A program made the position numbers and the translations under genes. The notes beneath the pieces are model-generated. The model ran no database searches. It had not been told where the DNA came from and worked only from the letters and a program-made list of their open reading frames with translations. Positions 39,370-52,800 of a DNA stretch of 64,000 bases are shown piece by piece (positions within the stretch are counted from its first letter, which is position 1; every line of letters begins with the position of its first letter). The stretch spans positions 1,116,001 to 1,180,000 of the forward strand of contig OZ176056.1 in NCBI GenBank assembly GCA_964247055.1, written 5' to 3'. The DNA comes from Paragordius varius (taxonomy: Eukaryota > Animalia > Nematomorpha).

Positions 39370-42300
39370 CCCTTAGGAGAACCGCACCGGCGAATTTTTT
39401 TGAGGTAACGACGCTTCATAGGACTAATATTTCTCATTATTAATCTCATTTTTATTACCATTTATTTTATCATTCTCATTTCATTATATTGTTATCATTA
39501 CTATGAACCATTATTACTACTATTAATATAATCTCATTATTATTAATATTCTTATCGTTATTACTATCATTAGCTGTAGAATAGGTGTAGTTGAGTTGTT
39601 GGCCCATAGAATTGCTTGTTTACTTGACACGACCTAGATTAACTATATTTTTTATCAAGTCAGTTTCTAACTTTGGTCAAAAACATGTAAACCTTTCCCT
39701 CACTTTCATCGTTTCCACATTTTTATGCAAATAATTAATCACATTCGTCTAAAACCTTTCCGGAAATAATTCGATCGTTTAATCTAATGATTATTCATAC
39801 GCAATTTCCCCTTTCGTTCGTAAACAGCCAACTCAACATCACTCCAATCTTGTTCAAGAATCGCCTTGATTACCTTTTGCTAAATCTATCCTTAACTCTC
39901 TCTCCAGATCTCATCTCAATTTAAAAGAACGTTATGACAATTAAGAAATATTAAATGTTCGTTATCACGTAATCCATATCAATTGTGTCAACATTATCAT
40001 CATCGGGGCATCTTGACAAGTAAACGGCTCAATTCTTGGGACCTGTCTGCTAACTTAAACCGAAATCATAATTATTCAGTCGGTTACATCTTAAAACTTC
40101 CTCATTCTGAATTTTCAAATTTCTATCCCTAATGATCAACCTAACAGTGTAAATGGTCTGTTAAAATACTTTCCCAATGCAAAAATAATAGCTTTTAATT
40201 CCCTTTCTATCATTGAGTAATTCAGTTTTGCGCTATAATTTCTGGAACCATCGGCAAGTTTCCTTTCACCATTTACCACATGACTTAAAATACGTTACAC
40301 CCCTATATCTGCTGCATCGGTTTCAATAACTAACCTTCTATCCCGATTGTATAAACACACTTTTCTCTTGCTGCTTTCCAACTTTTCTCGTGTTTTTCTA
40401 CTAGTTTAATCTGATCTTACTTATTAAACTATGTATATCTCTTATTAATTGAAACTTGGGTGTATATCTATGAATATTAACCTAAACTTCTTTAACATTT
40501 TTTTGACCGGTTTTTAAAATCATTGATTGCTTTTACTATAATCTTACATAGACTTGTACCTTTATTACTAATTTCAAATCCCAGATAAATTACTAAAGGT
40601 TCAACTTTTTTATTTTATCTATCTTTTATTTAAGATTTGCCAATTCAACAGATTTAAAACATTATTAAAATCTATTAAATGTTCCTGTTCAGATTTTCCA
40701 GTTACTAAAACATCATCTAAATATACACTGGTGTCGGGACAGTCTTTTAAAACCTGGTCCATGACTCGGTGAAAATTTATCGGTGCTGTTGACAATCCGA
40801 GCATTTTTTTGTAGCGGAAAAATCCCTTGTGCGTTGCAATTGTTAGGAGGTGTTATGATTCTTTAGTCATGGGGATTTGTAGATAGGCATCTTTCAGATC
40901 AATCTTAGTGAAAACTTGGCCTTCGCCAATCTTACTTACTAAATCATCAATCGTTAGAATGATATGAGAGTCCTCAGTCAGCTACTTGTTTATCGTAACT
41001 CTAAAATCGCTACAAATTCTTACCTCTCCATTCGCTTTGAGCACATTAACGGTGGGCATGGCCCATGTCAGAGGTGTAAGGTTGGGATCTATTGGCTCCA
41101 AAATATCTAACTTCTGTAATCATAGCAATTCCTTAACTTTTGCTTTTAAGGGATAAGCTCGATGACAAGGCCAAACCTTGTGGGAGGCGTTGGATACTAT
41201 ATGAATTGTTACCGGCTCACTGTAACAGCCTAATCTTTCATTAAATTTAGAAAATTTACAATAATTTTATTAAGTTTAAGAAAGTTAATTCGCATTTTCG
41301 GAATGTCATGTTATATCTCGTGATCCAATACAAGCCACAAGAGAAGTGCCTTTGACATTCTTCACAATATTCTGCGTCCCCCAAGTTTTGCCCATTCATT
41401 TGCACTGTAACTGTTGTTACGCCCAGTAGGGGCACTATACTATTATTGTAGGCTTTTACTGGCATGAGTCTAATATTTGGTTATCAACTTGCTACTATGT
41501 CACAAAGTAGATTACACTGATAGCGGCTCCTGTGTCGTGAATAAATTCTTGTTCTGATATTGTTTATAATTTTACTGTCCATGATGACACCGGCATTACT
41601 ATTCTCTGGATCTTGCTGTTGAACATACACTTAGCAAGCGTTTTTCGCTCTACACATTTTAGCGAAGTGGTTGAGCTTTGGGGATTTGTTGTATTTGTGG
41701 TTCCAGGCAGGACATGTTTGGTCCATGGATACTCCCACAAAGGGTTTTGTCACTGACTGTCGTAAACGCACGTGGCCTTATTATTAAATTATTACCAATA
41801 GGTATTATTGTTATTGGTTTTAAGATCGGCTCTAGCAGCCTCGTGTGCTAGTGCAAGATTCACTATTGTTTCAAGTGGAACAAGTTGTCCGTTGATCTCG
41901 GAATCAGGGTGCCTCCGATTTCCAGTTGAGGCTGCCTTAAACCAATAACGAAAGCCCCTCGGCGTTCCTCAGTCGAATCATTAAACTTGGCCTTCTCTCG
42001 GGTGCCATCTTAATAAGATCAAAAATAGGGTAAAGGATTCAGCATTGATTTGCACAAGTCAAAAAATTTGAACCGACTTTGGAATTTCGATTTTATGGGA
42101 TTAAAATTTTTTTAGGCCCGTTGCCTTAATCTCACTCCGCGTTGATTCCTTAATTTATTTCGGACACAATAGTTGATTAATTTTGCGAGCAGCCAGCAGT
42201 TCACCATAAGCCAGCAAAGTTGTTTTTAGGGCATTCTAGATTGCTAGAATATATTTAGCTTCCATAAAAATTGTCACATAATCAGCGTATTCCTCAAATT

Positions 42301-42702
42301 TAATATTAACATTATATTTTCCAAAGCACAGGTTAGCGATTGGCGATTCGCGTTGTCATGTTTCGGAAATCTTAGAAACCTAATTTAGAAAATTTCGGAA
42401 AAGTGTAAGCCCATTTAAATCTAATTCGTTTCTTATATAACACCTTGGTTAAGCCCATCTCTTCCGAAAATAGGGGTGTCAAAAAATGTCTTTAGTTCCA
42501 AAAAACGTTTTAATATTTAAATTAAAAATATTTCCACTTTTTAAATTGGCCACTGTAGTAGACTGCACCCTTTAAATACAAAAAGTCTATTTTTATAACA
42601 AGTCGTCGAGGTTATGAGACTGACTAAACACCTATAAACAAAGATATTCCCACTAAAGACAAAAATCTAATAGGGATCTACCTTCTATATAATTCGCCGC
42701 CA
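39370..42702 (-). mobile_element. Decayed Ty3/gypsy LTR retrotransposon internal region (gag-PR-RT-RNaseH, integrase truncated)
   Basis: Minus-strand fragments: PBS-like TGGCGGCGAAT 42702-42692; gag LAHEAARA and knuckle CPAW...NHFAKMC; protease DTGA (~41530); RT KIDLKDAYLQIP...YLDD (40723-40712); RNaseH ETDAADIGV...YSMIERELKAI. Many stops and frameshifts. Confidence 0.88.
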
Positions 42703-42715
42703 TATAAGAATGAAT

Positions 42716-42966
42716 CGGTGTTACCTATTCAAATTGGTTATTTTGAATGTATGATACAAATTGTAGTGATGAGAATATATTCATAGTCTTTACTTATATT
42801 TTTGTATTATGGTGCAAATGACGTTTCTATTAATTTATCCGTATAATTTTGCATATGTGCAAATTTGTTTTGTTTGATAATATGTAAATTAACTTCATAA
42901 TATTATCTCTATTTCTAAAAAAGGCATTTTCATTTACATACTCAATATCTATGATTCAACCTAACA
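42716..42966. repeat. Diverged inverted copy of the 39106-39369 repeat
   Basis: Its reverse complement, tgttaggttg...tacaatttgtatcatacattcaaaataaccaatttgaataggtaacacc, aligns by eye with the left copy. Confidence 0.55.
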
Positions 42967-43927
42967 ATTAATATTATACAATATTATAACATTTTATCTA
43001 TCTGATTGAATATAATGTTTGTATAAATTTTAGAGCACATAAAACTTTTTATATTATAATAATTTCGATTTTGTTTTCAATTTTGAATATTAAGATATAT
43101 CATACAATATGTGAATGTTATAATTAACATATTTTATAAATTATTACCATATCTGATATTTATATTTAGCCATATCATATTAATTGCTATTCTCCCAAGG
43201 TTTCCCAATCTTATAAATGATAAGTATAATGTGAAAAAATATGACATGAAATTTGCACGTTAATCAAAACAAACCATTTGTCTTTAATCCTAACAATTGA
43301 TATGCTTTTGAAACAACTTGTATTACCTAATGTTTAGAGTATCTTATTTATTTAAACTCCGCTTTGCAAAATATGCATTTTTTCATCTCCTTATTCTGAA
43401 AAGGGTACAGTGGTAAAATATTTAAGACAAAAACTGCTTCAATTAAATTTTATAGCCCACCCAACCTATCAACAATTTGGAAAATGTATTTTTCGAAAAA
43501 GCATTGTTTTTAATATAAAATATAATGATCTTCAAATGTGATCTTTACTGGATCAATAAATCTCGCCCATTTAGTCTACAGTTGCGAATTTATGCCACGC
43601 ATAATTCTACTATAATCGATATACTGCAAAGAGGTAAGTATCGGAAAAATAAAGATTAATATATATAAAAAATAATACGTTAACGACTCCTATAACAATT
43701 TTTTTACAGAAAATTTGAATTAGGAGTTTGGGTATATTTATAAAAATATTATTAATTATATTCTATGCAAAAAACTATTTATTTAATAATATACACGATC
43801 ATTGTGTGAAGTATTATTTAATGGAAATTAAGTATCTAAGCAAAAAAATGCATATTTGGTATCCTTGAGATCAGCTTCATACCTAATACTAAGGTATGGA
43901 AGATGGTGCACAATTAATAAAAATGTA

Positions 43928-44184
43928 CGGTAAAAATTTAAATTATACAGACAAAATATTAAAACATAAAGACAAATTTTTTTTACAAGACAACCAACCA
44001 TACATTTTAATTTTAATTAAACTCATTGTTTTAAATTGCAAAGTATGAACTGGTACATATGTCGACTGTAATTTAAATAATTTATAGGAAAAATTTAGGT
44101 TTAAAAAGTAGTACGCCGACTTTTAAAAAAAATATATTTGTTTTTATATCTTTACGTTTTGTCCGTATAATTTCAAATTTACTA
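43928..44184. mobile_element. MITE family B
   Basis: TA-CGGTAAAAATTTAAATTATACAGAC ... GTCCGTATAATTTCAAATTTACTA-TA. Confidence 0.78.
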
Positions 44185-44219
44185 TATAATAATCAAAAGA
44201 TGCTTATTTTTTAGGAAAT

Positions 44220-47200
44220 TCATGAACCGAACGTTCCAACTCTATGTGCCATATATCCTTCCAATTCAGTTTTGTTATGAATAATTATCTTATTAGCAAA
44301 TTCCCTCATGTAAAAGTTTGGGGTTGCTGGATTTAATACGGTGATATTGTAAACTTTTTTTGCATCCTTGTATAGAGCATACACTACTGGATGAAAGAGT
44401 TGAAAACAGCTACGATTATATGGCCATAAATCTACCCCAGATATGCTTGAAATATCTATGACATTATTGTTTTCAGTAGAGGATACATTGAATTCCTTGT
44501 ACCAATGTAATTTATCTTGTTGATAAACTATAAGCGTGTAAAACCCTGAGGTTAACTTAGCACTAATATTGGGCATTTGTGGCATATACTCGGTATTAAC
44601 GAATTGACCTTCTGTCTTTACATCAAGTTCTTGACTTGTTTTATTAGAAACAAGGCTTATCTTCAGGTGAGTTCTTGGGTAAATTATGAGATCGTTGCAC
44701 AACTCTCTTTTGTAGAAGGAAGACGCGAAACCACTAAAATATTATATTATAATTATTTTGTAAGGCAAATGATGATATTGACTTGTTAAAGTTTTTGGAT
44801 TAAAATATTTTTTAAAAAGAACAAATATATTAGCCATAATAATAATTTACTAATATTCGAAATCTCTAATTATTTCATCTTCTGTTTCCATACACACTAT
44901 TCGGTTTACAATGTAGCCTATGGAGCAGCCTTGTTCATGGTGAATTACAGTTTTCGGTACCATCTATTGTTTAACAATTATTTAGGGCCTTAATGTCAAG
45001 ATTTATTATTAATATTTTAAAAAAGCCTTTCCTTTAAAAACTGATGGGTAGAAACTTAAGGTGTTAAATGGGATGGTTTTTCATTTTTATATTTTTAGAA
45101 ATTTAAAATAATAGATTAGGCTATGCTTTTAACTTTTCATGCCTTCTTTTTTTACAATTTAACTTACATAGTCCTAGTAAAGTGTTGAATATGAATAACT
45201 TAAAATATGTGAGGTTTTAGATATTGAGCTGAATTAATAATTTTATATAATTTTCTACGTACTTACTTAAGCACAATTGAATGATTAGAAATTGTTTAAT
45301 ATTTAATGATTTGCACAATAGAAAATGTATAATTACCCGACTTTTAAAGTCATTTCTACCTTATATTTACATGGCCCAAGAGTTTTGTTTTAGTTCACTA
45401 TTGAAAATAAGTTAAGTTCTTTATCGCCTAATCTAAATTTTTCATATGTTACTCATATTTAATATTTTAAGCCATTTAAAGAAAAATGGTATTTTTTTAA
45501 CAAAGATATTATTTTTAATTTCAATATTAATTAAAACTTTTTCTATTCACTAACTGAAATATTATATTTGGATGATTTTATTAAGATTTTTTGGGCAAAT
45601 GCCAAAAAAAATCGTTTGTGAGGCGAAAAAATGATAAAAACGAATATTACTTGCTCACGCTGGTGTTTTTGACACTTGTATTTGTATTGAGCGTCATGGC
45701 CAGTCCAGGTTAGAGTTCGATAAACTATTGGATTTCCATCATGGAAATTTACGAATGGTACATGAATTTTCGGGGGAATTTTCATGCTGGAAACAAAAAT
45801 TATTTATCTTATTACTGAAATAATTGGGCAATTTTCAGAAAAAAAATATATTTGCAATTATATTAATGGTATATGATTTTAAATTTTAAAAATTTTAAAC
45901 CGTAAAATTTGATATTAAAACTTGGAATGACAGATCTTACAAATTTTAAATACAAGGACTATTTTTAACTTATTCTGATGCCATAAATAGGATATTCAGA
46001 GATAATTTTATATTATCTTCTTTAGATCAAATCTATATTTTTGCAAAAATTTGTAATTTTGCAATTTAAACTTGTTTACTGGCTTAATAATTCGTTTAAT
46101 TTTAAAGATAAAACATATATACCTCCAAATGCTGAATCTATATTATAAAATGGGTTTTACAAAAATAATTTTATCAGAAATATATTATGTAAAAAGTAAT
46201 AAATATTACGGGCACATATATCCCATCTTAAATTGATTTCCTTGTTTCTAAATTTTTCAACATATATATAACATGAATTTAACGCATACAAATTTAAGAT
46301 AAAAATATCCTTACCAACCACCAAGTTTCATTGTAAACTGATTACAAAATATATTTGTAATACATGGCTAATTAAATTTTAAAACATAATTAAAAGACAT
46401 CCTTTTTACCCAGATATTCAATGGTTCCGATATCAAGTTGTCCTATTTGAACGTTATATAAACCATTAAAGAGAGAGGAATCTTGATATATTGAGGAGCT
46501 CTGTTAAACAAATACATATAATCAATAAATATCATAAGAATTGAACAAAAGTTGCATTATTATTATTAATTTACATCAGCTTTCCACCAAGTAGTCACGA
46601 CTGAACGGGTTTGGTTTAGATATGATGGTCCAATAGGTCTTAAAACAAGGTTTGATATTTCTGTGTGACCAGGTATCAAGAAATCATGAAAATGGGCCAA
46701 GCTTGCTCTGTACGTAAATTTCCACACCAGTGAATTGTCTTTAAATATATGGATGATACAATCATAATTTATATTAAATGGGTGCAGTTTTTATCTATTA
46801 CGAAACTAGGGAAAGAAACCTATAACGGTCTAACAGAATTAAAATGGATGCATGAAACCAAAACGCGCCAAACAGCAATTAATTTTTGGTTGCAAAGTAA
46901 TTAATATCATATAAAGGTTAAATTTTAAGTTATTAAATTTAGATTGTTTAATTGATTTTCATATCAGAAATCAGATGTTAAAGGTCATCATATGTTTATT
47001 ATAAGTTAATATTTTTTATGTGTATAAATGGACAATAATAATATGTTAAACAATTTTACAATGATATTTAAAAGCAACACCATATTATGGTTAATCTTGT
47101 GAACAACTTGTTATATACCGTCTTAAGTAACGAAACTTAGAGAAGGGTAAAACACAAATTCTTTAAAATCCATTGTTAATAAATCATAATTCATTTTAAG

Positions 47201-48170
47201 TCCTCAAACTTTCCAAACAATTACGTTTTTTATAATCGTTATTTTATTCTCATTTTTTCATTTTAAAATTGCCATCGTTTTTTCGGAGTCGGAAAAAAAC
47301 ATTTGGGGACAAGTGCCATATAAAATATATAAATTCCAATAAAAAAATAATGAAAGGCAGCTATTGTTAGGTAAAACGATCCTAAAAAATCGAGTCTCCC
47401 AAAAAGTCGAAGAAATTTGACACCCTAGCATATATATATATAATTACTTAGTTTGGTTGTAGCTGATATGATGTATAGTATGTTTTCATTGCCATCCATG
47501 TCAAAAGATTTACGAGTGTACACACCTTTTTGAGATATTTGTTCGACTGAATTATCGTTAAAGAACCATTCCCCACCAAAAGGAAAGGACTGCGGAGCGT
47601 TTTCCAATATAATTATTTCTATAGATATTTTATAAATAATTGCACAAGTAAAAAGTAAATTAATAGTAAAATATTTGATGACACTCTTAGAATGATATTT
47701 TATCGTATTTCACACATCTTTATATTTATTTATGCCACTCAATGGTTCTTAATATGGCTTTACGGTTTTGAAAAGATTGTTGTAAATCAAATTTTGATAT
47801 AGTTAAATCAAAGTTGCTATGAAAACGGTCATATTAAAAAAACTTAAAAAATTAAATAGTTTTCAGTCCATTATCTTTGTTAATATAAATGGATTATAAG
47901 AATAAAAAGCAAGATAAATGAAATAGGACAAAAGAAATAATCTTCATAACTTTTACGAAAAAACATATGTTAAAAATCATATTAAATATTAATTTAACAA
48001 AAAATATTTTATATTACTCTTAAAGGTTGTTTAAGAAACATCGAAAATTTATTGAGAGAACAGTTAAATGGTGGTCTGAAACGAACCGCGAGCGATATCA
48101 ACGACAATAGAATCAATAACGCTTTTCTAATATAGTAATTGGATACCACTAAAAGAGATTAACTGGCCTT
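44220..48170 (-). CDS. Multi-exon lineage-specific protein with divergent PEBP (OV-16/RKIP)-like C-terminal domain
   Basis: Phase-linked exons 45786-45651, 44963-44851 and 44733-44220; also ~47620-47448, ~46742-46575 and ~46502-46412, plus a hydrophobic segment KALLILLSLISLAV near 48.1 kb. The terminal exon resembles PEBP in order: DLIIYP..LKISL, GQFV..PNI..FYTLIV, LHW..FNV, PY...HPVVYALYK, NFYMREFANK. 5' exon joins are incomplete. Confidence 0.5.
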
Positions 48171-48296
48171 AAAAACTTTTTCAATGAATATGTTAGATAT
48201 TAAATTAGCAAATTACGATTTCTATCACTGATTTTATACGGGTATCATAAATTGGTAAGAAATAAAGTTGTTTTATTTGGTAATATTAATTAAATA

Positions 48297-48545
48297 TATT
48301 ATAAAACTTAAATTATACGGATACGTAAAAACGTGAAAACAAATATTTTAAAAGACAACCATACTTTTTTATTCTTGAAGTGTGAATTAGTATATATTAC
48401 TAAGACAAAAAAATTTATATTTTACAATTGTATCTAAATAGCTTCTATAGGAATAAATAAGGTTCAAAAAAGTATGTTGGTCCTAGAGATAAAAATATTT
48501 GTCTTTTAATTTTAACTATTGTCCGTATAATTTGAATTTTTACTA
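48297..48545. mobile_element. MITE family B
   Basis: Both TIRs, degenerate. Confidence 0.7.
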
Positions 48546-49882
48546 TATTTAATCCAAAAACTCCAAAAATAGAAGAGGATATATTTTAGCTTTTCAAATG
48601 AAAAATAATTTATAACATAGCTAAAACGCTTTTACAGCCAACTCTTTATAATTATACACGAGTGATGAAACCTATTTAAAACCACCTTTTAACATTATTT
48701 TTCTATTAAAATAACTATATAGCCATAGTTACCCAAAAGTTTCTGTATTGATATATATATAAAGGTATCAGGATTTTATGCAAGGATTCGAAGATAAATA
48801 TTTAAACTTTTTTAATTTTTTCCTATCCAAATCTCGCAAAATTAGCGAACATATGCTAAATCAAAATTTTTGTAAGCCAGGCGTTTCCTTAATAAAAATT
48901 CTAAAAATAATTAAAATTAGATTTAAAAGCAAAATATAATTTGCATTAGATATGGGCTCTTTAAAATTACCATCTAAAATGGGCTAATCTATTATAATAA
49001 ATTAAAAAGCCGAAATTGCGCGAATTTTATTAACATTTAAGAAAATTTTGATAAAACGTGTTGCATAGTAATTTAAAATAGTTGAAAATGGTTAAAATTA
49101 GAGTTTATTAAAATAGTGCCGCATTTCTATCACCTTTTGAATATAAGAGATTCGTCTGTCCGTTTTTATTTAAGTTATCTATAAATAGTGTATGTAGCAA
49201 TGATCAATAGTCGTGCATCCTTAATCAAAAATACAAGTTATAAAAATATTCAATATCAACGGAATAAATATATTTCTATAATATCTTATGCGTTTTTTCA
49301 TTACCATCAAATATGCTTCTACAAAATTGTGCCAATAATTCCATTTTAAAACAAAGATTTTAAAATTTATTTCATAAAATCGCTTATTACTTTTATCACG
49401 CGTTCCCCATTTATCCGTTTAATTTTTTAAAAAACGGATTTAAGAGGGGTTGAAAAATTATGGAGCCAACATCTAAAATTTATTATAGTTTTAGATTTGC
49501 TCTTTTGTTTTTTTGATATTTTTAATATAATTATGCGCTAATTTTGCGATTTTTATGATAGGGCAATTATAAAAAATGTAAATATTTTTTTCTTTAATTG
49601 CTCCGCAAATCCGAAAGCCAAAACCACCATTAGAATCCTGAATTTATAGATATTTTTTAAAAATAGCCCCCTTTCCGATTTTCACTGTGCATATTTAATG
49701 TAACATTATTATATGTGAATTTTAAAATTTAAATTTTAGAAAAGCTAATAGTATATGTAACATTTATTAACGATAAAATAATTTTGCTATTGACTGTCTA
49801 AATAATAAGGTCTTTTGATCATAATTTTTAATGTAATTTTAAATTAAAAACGATCCAAAAACAATCTATTTTATGCCCCAAT

Positions 49883-52800
49883 TTAATTTGACTCGCTTGT
49901 CACACTATTAGTCACTAATAATAATTTATTATATTGTATCAAAATTTTACCATATGGAATTATCTCTATGGTAAAGAGAATATTATTTGAACAATGTATC
50001 GTGGATTGAATAACTTCGTTGCCCATATCGACAGTAATGTATATTCTTGATGATTTGTGTGGAGGTTCAAAATACACTGCTGGAGAGCCCACATAACTGA
50101 GATTTGCGCAATATGCTGGTAGGTAATACTCAAAGCTCCACTTCTCATTGGGCGCAGCATAAAATACCAAATGTTCTACGAGAAAATGAATTTGGTTTAC
50201 AAAAGTAAAGTGAGGATTTTTGAAAAATGGCAAAAACCGAATTAACGTTACAATACTATTTAAAATATATGAAAAAAGTCGAATTACTTTTCAAAGTTAC
50301 GGATATTTGATATGCGTTCCGCTCTTCGTCGAGTACAATCCAATTTCCTTTTTCTGTAAAAATTAGACTATTATCTTGTCTCTTTGGACGATAGCTGTAA
50401 TTTGAGAAAATAAATATATCATTTCCCTCTGCGATATCAATCTTAAGGAGTGCATCATTTTTTGGATAACTGAGATCTGCGATTTTTTTATATCCTATAT
50501 CCATGCAAAAATTAATAAATATTATAGACAATTAACAATTACATAAACCAGGTGTATTCAAGTTTGTACTAGTTTTTTATAAAAAAATGTGATTTTGAAA
50601 TAAAGTCAATATTTTGTTCATATGGTCGGTCCATCAGCCTCTACAAGTTTTGCCCATATCGCGGGTACGTGCAGATAAAATGATTCTCTTGTGCATAAAA
50701 CCAATCGTCAAGTCATTTTCTAATGTTTTAAATATTGAAGTGCTAGCGTGTGACACATTGATGCAAAGTCGTATCAGTCACATTATCGTTATAAGATAGT
50801 TCACTAGATGCGTAAAAACTTCTCACGAAGTATTTTTAAGCTGTTTCACACTAGTTTTGCTCAGGGTGTCGAAGCCTTTGTATATCGCAAAATCACTTTT
50901 TAGTGTCTTCTAGCTCAATCCGATTGATAAATGCATGATTTAAATGGTATTTATTAGGGATAGTATTGTGTTTAACAATTTCACGGAACTTCAGTTCAAC
51001 TCGCTTTCGTCTTGCCAGAAACAGAGCATAGTTTATTGCCGAAACATTTGGCAATGGTGTTGATGTACAAGCTTGCAAGGTAATAAAAGTCACGATTTTT
51101 CCGCTTTTAGTTTACAAAATAAAGCCATTTTAATCCATCGTTCCAATTCGATGCAAAAATGATTTTTTGTGACTTTAAAGCAAATTCAGTCCCTTTGCCA
51201 TGGTTTGACGTTCATTCAAATTGTCTGGTATCCTATTTACCAGGTATATTGTGTTCTTATAGCTCATAGACATCTATTGATTGTTTGTGGAAATACAAAT
51301 GATTCTGCCAATTGCCCTTGACTCTTTGAATTATCTTTAGCACCTTTTTTACATTTGATCGTTGCAGTCGTGTAGTCATACATGATATTAATATTAATAC
51401 CATATTGATAGCGCATGTTTACCATATATTTCCTAACAAACGCTAACTTTAATCAGCTTTTTTCATCTGATGGAAATGCGTGCCGCAAACTTCTTTTTCA
51501 GGAGCAGACATAATTACGGAATGAAAATAAAACACTAGTTCTGGTATACTCTAATTGTGGCTGTTTGTAGTTTAATGTTAGAAAATTGGGTCTGTATCAA
51601 AATAATTGTCTATGCATATTTCCTTGCTGTCCTCTCCTAATACCGGTATAGGATGTTATGAATACACTGGGGTAAAATCATTTAATAAAACATTGTTATT
51701 AGTTATAAATAGCTTCTCTATTTAGAAAAACAATGCATTTATAATATCCAAATCATAATTATACACCATCAAATGTCCAATGAAAATGATATTTTTAACT
51801 AAGTGTTTTAATAATGTTCATCAAAAAAAACTATTAATCAATTTGACAACATTGGCCCTTATGAATTAACAGTGATCACTGAAACATGTATAGTTAATAC
51901 TAATATATACAATTTAATATATATTATAACTCTCAAATTAATTTGATTATAAAATAACTAATTTATTTTAAAATAAAAATAAAACGCTTAATTAAATGTA
52001 AGCGGATTATATACTTTGCCTTATTAACCATTTTCTGACTGTATAATCTACGTTACACATATTTACAGCTTTGACTGCTTCGTTCATTGGGACTCTAATT
52101 AGTATCATAAAAATATATTAAATAATGATTATTAATTCAAATTGCTGAATATTTTTAGCCTTTGCAAAAGATTAAGTAAAATTACAAAAATTAACGTTTT
52201 TTATTATGAATTCAAAATGAAAAATGAGGAATTTAAAAGTTAATTTTTAGATAGGGAGCGGTCTGACCGATTATATTGATGATTGTGATCACATGCCAAA
52301 TAAATATTTAGCACGTTCATCTATTAAATGTAAAAACACAGTTGTTTTTTAATTTATTTACACAGTAATAATATTTTAATCAATTCTCTTTAAATTACAA
52401 TATTATAGTGACCCAGTTTTTTTATAAATATTATAAAAAAATGCGCCTAATATATTTTAAAATCAAACCAAAAACGTAGAAAATTAAAATTTGATTTATT
52501 TATCATTCAAAAATCTAAACTAATTTGTAAGAATTATAAGTATATGAACTTTTTTAAGCATTCATACTGCCAAAACTAATAATTTTAATTACGGTTTATC
52601 GCGGATATGGTATCCGTGGTTTTTACAAAAATATTTATAAATAAAATAAAAAAATAGCCACCTTCATAATAATTAACAATATATGGTAAAAAGTTAAGTT
52701 ATGGTTTTATTTGTATCTTATTAGGACACAAATGTTACAAAAACTAATTAATTAAAAATTAAACATACGTCTCTCCACATTTGGTGTAGGTGGGCTTTTT

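Noticed and set aside
38496-42555. cagtggc...gccactg pair that might enclose the gypsy region as one DNA transposon
   Set aside because: No shared TSD (left end lacks the TA seen on the right); more likely ends of two separate small MITEs.
43400-43918. Small plus-strand gene (…MIFKCDLYWINKSRPF…QR|gtaagt)
   Set aside because: One good donor, but exons could not be joined into a consistent model; too weak to list as a feature.
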